DNA from: Candidatus Altimarinota bacterium
GTDB taxonomy: Bacteria; Patescibacteriota; Gracilibacteria; UM-FILTER-43-11
DNA length: 64,000 nucleotides
NCBI GenBank assembly: GCA_028281045.1
Contig: JANQKP010000009.1
Location: 129,673 to 193,672, forward strand
Direction: 5' to 3'
Of this stretch, positions 59,661 to 64,000 are shown piece by piece (the first letter of the stretch is position 1; every line of letters begins with the position of its first letter). The notes under the pieces are model-generated. The model had not been told where the DNA came from. It worked only from the letters and a program-made list of their open reading frames with translations, and did not search any database. The translations under genes and the position numbers were made by a program.

Positions 59661-62600
59661 CTAGCTCTCCATATCAAGCATTTTTTCTTTATGCTTGCGA
59701 CCAGCTGGAATAAGTTTACCGATAATAACGTTTTCTTTAAGTCCTTTCAGGTTATCTACACGGTTTGTAGTCGCTGCTTCTACAAGAACTCTAATGGTTT
59801 CTTGGAATGAAGCCGCAGATAGCCATGAATCGGTAGAAATCGCTACTCTAGAGATTCCAAGAAGGAGTCTATCGGCTTTAGCTTCTTCTTTTCCTTTCTT
59901 CTTAAGCTCTTCGTTTACTTGGTGGAATTTACCAACGGTAACGCTTTCACCAGGCAGGAAGTCACTTGCTCCAGGAAGAGTGATCTTCACACGTGAGAAC
60001 ATCTGTTTAATGATGATCTCAATGTGTTTTTCATTAATCGTTTGTCCTTGAGAAGCGTAGATGTGTTGTACTTCGTTCATGATGTACTTCTGAGTCGTTT
60101 GTACATCAGTCAGTTCCATCAGCTGTTGAAGGTTGATGTGACCAGAGTTTAGAGCCTGACCACGAGTCACCATGTCGTTATTCGAGATGTTGATTCTTTC
60201 ACGTGGACCAAAGTGGTATTCACGAACACGCTTTTCAGTGTGTTTTAGGGTGATCATACCTGGCTCAATGCTGTGCACTTTACCTTCTTCAGTTGCTTTA
60301 ACAGTGGTTTTTTCAGTCTTAGAACGAGCAATGATTTGCTTAGGCTTAATCTTCTCGTTCTTCTTAACCACTACTTCAAAGTCTAGAGGAATGTGGTAAG
60401 AATCTGTTTCTAGTTCTTGAGCGTGAATTGTTACATCAATTCCTTCTTTATTGCTCTTCACAGTCGCTTTTCCAGGAATTTCAGCTAGAACAGCGGGGCG
60501 TTTAGGGCTACGTGCCTCAAACAGCTCTTCTACACGTGTAAGACCTTGTGTAATATCAGCTCCTTCCGCTACTCCACCCATATGGAACGTACGCATCGTA
60601 AGCTGTGTACCTGGTTCACCAATCGATTGAGCCGCAATAATACCAACGGCTGTACCTAGGTCTACAATTTCGTTCGATCCAAGGTCACGTCCGTAAGCTT
60701 TTGGTGCAATACCATCGGTCATAGAACCCATGATTGAGTAGATTTCTACTTCGTCTACACCTGCTTCGTCTACGTCTTTTGCAACGTGAGCATCGATTTC
60801 TTGATCTTTTTTAAGAATAACCTTACCAGTTTTAGGATGTTTAACCGCTTTAGCAGCTACACGTCCGTAAAGACGATCTGCAAGGGTTTGATTGATCTTA
60901 ATACTGTCTTCTCTAGTAATAAGGTGAGTTGCATCCGGCGTATCATCGTTGATGATGATCACATCTTGTACAGCGTCTACTAGACGACGTGTTAGGTAAC
61001 CCGCTTCCGCTGTCTTAAGCGCCGTATCAGATTTACCTTTACGTCCACCATGCGTTGCAATGAAGTACTCTAGAATCGAGAATCCTCCTTTAAGATTAGA
61101 CTTAATTGGAAGTTCAATCGTACGTCCAGACGGATTCGCTACAAGACCTTTCATCCCACAAAGCTGTGTGATTTGTCCCCAGTTACCACGGGCACCAGAA
61201 TCGATCATGTAATTGATGTGATTTTCAGGTTCTTCTTTGAACTTATCGATCATCTTATTGGTCACATCGCTCTTAAGCGCAGACCATAGTTTGATCGCAT
61301 GCGTATATCTTTCATCTTCTGTGATCCATCCTTTCCAGTATTGGTTGTTGATCTTACGAACCACTTCATCCGCTTCTTGAATCATTTCGTCTCTTCCATC
61401 TGGATCAATCATGTCAGCTACAGAGATAGAAAGACCAGATTTAGTACCGAATTTGAATCCAATACGTTTCAGGTCATCTGCAAATACTGCTGTGCGTTCT
61501 TGTCCACATTTTTCTAGAGACTCTGTCAGAAGATCTCTAAGAGATCCTTTCTTGATAGTGTAGTTCACGTAGTCTAGCTCTTCTGGAACGAAGCTGTTTA
61601 GAATCAGACGACCTACGGTAGTCTCAACAATTTCTCCATTAACACGAGCTTTAATTTTCGCGTGAATATCTACAAAGTTTTGACGGTAAGCATTAATTGC
61701 TTCATCAATATCAGAGAAAGCCATTCCTTCTCCTGTTTTACCTTCTAACATGTTGGTTAGGAAGTACACTCCAAGTACCATATCTTGAGTAGGAGTAACA
61801 ATCGGTTCTCCAGAACTTGGTTTAAGAAGATTATTTACAGAGTGAATAAGGTCTTTCGCTTCACTTTGAGATTGCTCAGAAAGTGGAAGATGAACCGCCA
61901 TTTGATCCCCATCGAAATCGGCATTGAAGGCCGCACAAACAAGTGGGTGAATTTGAATCGCTTTCCCTTCAATCAGTACCGGTTGGAACCCTTGGATCCC
62001 AAGTCTATGAAGTGTTGGTGCACGATTCAGAAGCACTAGGCGTCCTTGAATTTGTTCCTCAAGAATATCCCATACTTCTTTTTTAGAAGCTTCAATAAGT
62101 CTTTCAGCTCCTTTTACGTTATGAGCTAGTTCAGAGCGAATAAGTTCTCCAATTACAAATGGTTTGAATAGTTTCAGAGCCATTTCTTTCGGAAGACCAC
62201 ATTCTCCAAGTTTAAGTTGAGGACCAACTACAATTACAGAACGTCCAGAGTAATCTACACGTTTACCAAGTAGATTTTGACGGAAACGACCTTGCTTCCC
62301 TTTAAGCATGTCAGAAAGTGAGCGTAGTTTACGTTTTTCACCAGCAGTGAATACAGCTTTACCAGCACGGGTAGAGTTATTAAACAGAATATCTACCGCT
62401 TCTTGAAGCATACGTTTTTCATTACGACAGATTACTTCAGGAGCCCCAATCGCCATAAGACGTTTAAGACGGTTATTACGGTTAATAACACGACGGTATA
62501 GATCATTAAGATCTGAAGCGGCAAAACGTCCACCATCTAGTTGTACCATCGGACGTAGATCCGGTGGAATAACTGGTAGCTCTTTCACCACCATGAATTC

Positions 62601-63551
62601 TGGACGAATATCAGCATTGTGAAGCGATCCAACTAGGCGAATACGCTTAGAAAGTTTCTTTCTGCGTTGCCCAGTAGATTGCATTCTTTCTTTTTCAAGA
62701 ATTTTCTTGAAAGCAGGAAGATCCATGTCTTCAAGGATCTTACGAATAGATTCAGCACCAGTTCCAGCGCGGAATACGTGACCGAATTTCATAGAAAGTT
62801 CACGGTATTCAAGTTCTCCGAATACTTTACCAATGCGAAGCGTAGAAAGGTCTTCTTGCGCTTGCTTATGTTGAGCATCTAGCTCTTCAATACGACGTGC
62901 GAAATCATCTTCAGTAGCGATCACTTCGTCAGTATCGATATCTAGAGCACTATCTCCTTCATTTTCATCTACTTCTTCGTCTTTCTTCACTTTCTTATCT
63001 TTCTTTCCAGCTTTCATTTCTTTCTCTTTAGATTTGAATTCAGCTTGGATTTGCTTTTTGTAAGCTTCGTAGTCTTTATCAAGTTGCGTAATAGCCTCTT
63101 TCTTAGCATCTTCATCGACTTCGATAACAATATAAGCCGCAAAGTAAATCACCTGTTCAATGGTCTTGATTGGAAGATCTAGAAGAAGACCAATACGACT
63201 AGGAGTCGATCTAAGGAACCAAATGTGAGTTACAGGAACAGCAAGTGAAATGTGACCCATACGTTCACGACGAACGATAGAGCGAGTAACTTCTACTCCA
63301 CATTTTTCACAAACTACACCTTTATAACGGATACGTTTGTATTTACCACAGTAACATTCCCAGTTTTTCGTAGGTCCGAAAATTCTTTCACAGAATAGAC
63401 CATCACGTTCTGGTTTTTGCGTGCGGTAGTTAATAGTTTCAGGCTTAGTCACCTCCCCGTGAGACCATTTTAGGACTTCATCAGGACTCGCAATTGAAAG
63501 CGAGATAGAGCTGAACTGAGCTTGTTTTTTTGGCTTATTATTATGAGGCAT
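59661..63551 (-). CDS. rpoC: DNA-directed RNA polymerase subunit beta'
   Basis: 1296 aa. Zn-ribbon CYCGKYKRIRYKGVVCEKCGVEV. Catalytic NADFDGDQMAVH. Trigger-loop and bridge-helix regions. Confidence 0.98.
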   Translation of the reverse strand: MPHNNKPKKQAQFSSISLSIASPDEVLKWSHGEVTKPETINYRTQKPERDGLFCERIFGPTKNWECYCGKYKRIRYKGVVCEKCGVEVTRSIVRRERMGHISLAVPVTHIWFLRSTPSRIGLLLDLPIKTIEQVIYFAAYIVIEVDEDAKKEAITQLDKDYEAYKKQIQAEFKSKEKEMKAGKKDKKVKKDEEVDENEGDSALDIDTDEVIATEDDFARRIEELDAQHKQAQEDLSTLRIGKVFGELEYRELSMKFGHVFRAGTGAESIRKILEDMDLPAFKKILEKERMQSTGQRRKKLSKRIRLVGSLHNADIRPEFMVVKELPVIPPDLRPMVQLDGGRFAASDLNDLYRRVINRNNRLKRLMAIGAPEVICRNEKRMLQEAVDILFNNSTRAGKAVFTAGEKRKLRSLSDMLKGKQGRFRQNLLGKRVDYSGRSVIVVGPQLKLGECGLPKEMALKLFKPFVIGELIRSELAHNVKGAERLIEASKKEVWDILEEQIQGRLVLLNRAPTLHRLGIQGFQPVLIEGKAIQIHPLVCAAFNADFDGDQMAVHLPLSEQSQSEAKDLIHSVNNLLKPSSGEPIVTPTQDMVLGVYFLTNMLEGKTGEGMAFSDIDEAINAYRQNFVDIHAKIKARVNGEIVETTVGRLILNSFVPEELDYVNYTIKKGSLRDLLTESLEKCGQERTAVFADDLKRIGFKFGTKSGLSISVADMIDPDGRDEMIQEADEVVRKINNQYWKGWITEDERYTHAIKLWSALKSDVTNKMIDKFKEEPENHINYMIDSGARGNWGQITQLCGMKGLVANPSGRTIELPIKSNLKGGFSILEYFIATHGGRKGKSDTALKTAEAGYLTRRLVDAVQDVIIINDDTPDATHLITREDSIKINQTLADRLYGRVAAKAVKHPKTGKVILKKDQEIDAHVAKDVDEAGVDEVEIYSIMGSMTDGIAPKAYGRDLGSNEIVDLGTAVGIIAAQSIGEPGTQLTMRTFHMGGVAEGADITQGLTRVEELFEARSPKRPAVLAEIPGKATVKSNKEGIDVTIHAQELETDSYHIPLDFEVVVKKNEKIKPKQIIARSKTEKTTVKATEEGKVHSIEPGMITLKHTEKRVREYHFGPRERINISNNDMVTRGQALNSGHINLQQLMELTDVQTTQKYIMNEVQHIYASQGQTINEKHIEIIIKQMFSRVKITLPGASDFLPGESVTVGKFHQVNEELKKKGKEEAKADRLLLGISRVAISTDSWLSAASFQETIRVLVEAATTNRVDNLKGLKENVIIGKLIPAGRKHKEKMLDMES

Positions 63552-63587
63552 AAATATAAGTTAATTGGCTTTAAATAAGTGTGAAGC

Positions 63588-64000
63588 TTAAGCTTCTGGG
63601 TCGAATGCGTCGTCATCTGGCATGTAATCTGCCTGATCTAGACCTTCGGTCATAGATACTCCTTCGGAGTCTCCTTTTTTATCAAGCATGATCATGTCGT
63701 AAGCGACGATTTCAGTTTTGAAGATTTTTACACCCTCAGGGTTATCCCATGAACGGGTCTTAAGATAACCTTCTACATAAATCAGTTTTCCTTTGTTCAG
63801 GTATTGATTACAAATGTCTGCTAGCTTCCCCCACACCACAATGTTGTGGAATTCAGGAAGTGATTTTTTATCTCCTTCTTGGGTCACCCATTCGCGGTTC
63901 GTAGCAAGTCCAAAGGTTACAATAGATTGTCCATTTGGAGTCTGCTTCAGTTCAGGATCACGAGTCAGATTACCGATGAGAATGACTTTATTTACACTAC
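63588..64000 (-). CDS. ssb: single-stranded DNA-binding protein (start at or just beyond the window end)
   Basis: The reading frame stays open to the window edge. The sequence …SVNKVILIGNLTRDPELKQTPNGQSIVTFGLATNREWVTQEGDKK…HNIVVWGKLA… is an OB-fold SSB. The acidic tail ends in DDDAFDPEA. The ORF-track 'M' at 63887 is an internal GTG. Confidence 0.88.
   Translation of the reverse strand, partial: SVNKVILIGNLTRDPELKQTPNGQSIVTFGLATNREWVTQEGDKKSLPEFHNIVVWGKLADICNQYLNKGKLIYVEGYLKTRSWDNPEGVKIFKTEIVAYDMIMLDKKGDSEGVSMTEGLDQADYMPDDDAFDPEA

Noticed and set aside
1-64000. An alternative genetic code (UGA recoding, as in some uncultivated lineages).
   Set aside because: All conserved genes (rpoC, fusA, tuf, ribosomal proteins) read through at expected lengths with standard stops and need no in-frame TGA.
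1-64000. CRISPR arrays, rRNA genes, IS elements or integrases.
   Set aside because: No regularly spaced direct repeats, rRNA-like segments, or transposase or recombinase motifs were seen in any frame.

Overview
The window has a housekeeping backbone, entirely on the minus strand. Its order is ssb (partial), rpoC, rpsL, rpsG, then a gap, fusA, a gap, tuf, rpsJ, a gap, and then rplC-rplD-rplW-rplB-rpsS-rplV-rpsC-rplP-rpmC-rpsQ (partial). Accessory DNA splits this normally contiguous rpoC/str/S10 block in two places.

Island 1 (about 7.0-13.0 kb, between tuf and fusA) holds two tandem modules. Each is a Sec-secreted, phage-tail-fibre-like protein followed by a small membrane-anchored acidic protein. 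One fibre ends in a Peptidase_S74-type intramolecular chaperone domain. The two fibres share a 482-bp, almost identical N-terminal coding block.

Island 2 (about 15.2-58.7 kb, between fusA and rpsG) contains four groups of genes:
- Eleven large secreted proteins, mostly arranged as tandem paralog pairs. They include an adjacent dockerin-like/cohesin-like pair and a family with a conserved AHA-RILF signal-peptide junction.
- A type IV pilus operon: pilB, pilC, four minor pilins and three tandem major-pilin paralogs.
- A dense signalling cluster sitting directly upstream of pilB. It holds a PAS-LOV-PAS protein with the canonical NCRFLQG flavin-cysteine motif, a dCache/HAMP/PAS histidine kinase, three CheY-like receivers, an OmpR-type regulator and an SLH-domain protein.
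- A plus-strand unit with a fold-III PLP decarboxylase, an unknown protein and a multi-pass histidine kinase.

I found no rRNA, tRNA, CRISPR array, integrase or transposase. Start codons are not preceded by Shine-Dalgarno motifs, and many predicted promoters carry an extended -10 (TGnTAtAAT). The gene content (giant surface proteins, pili, SLH, no SD) suggests an uncultivated, possibly episymbiotic lineage such as the CPR/Patescibacteria. That placement is inference only. All domain calls come from reading motifs by eye, not from database searches.
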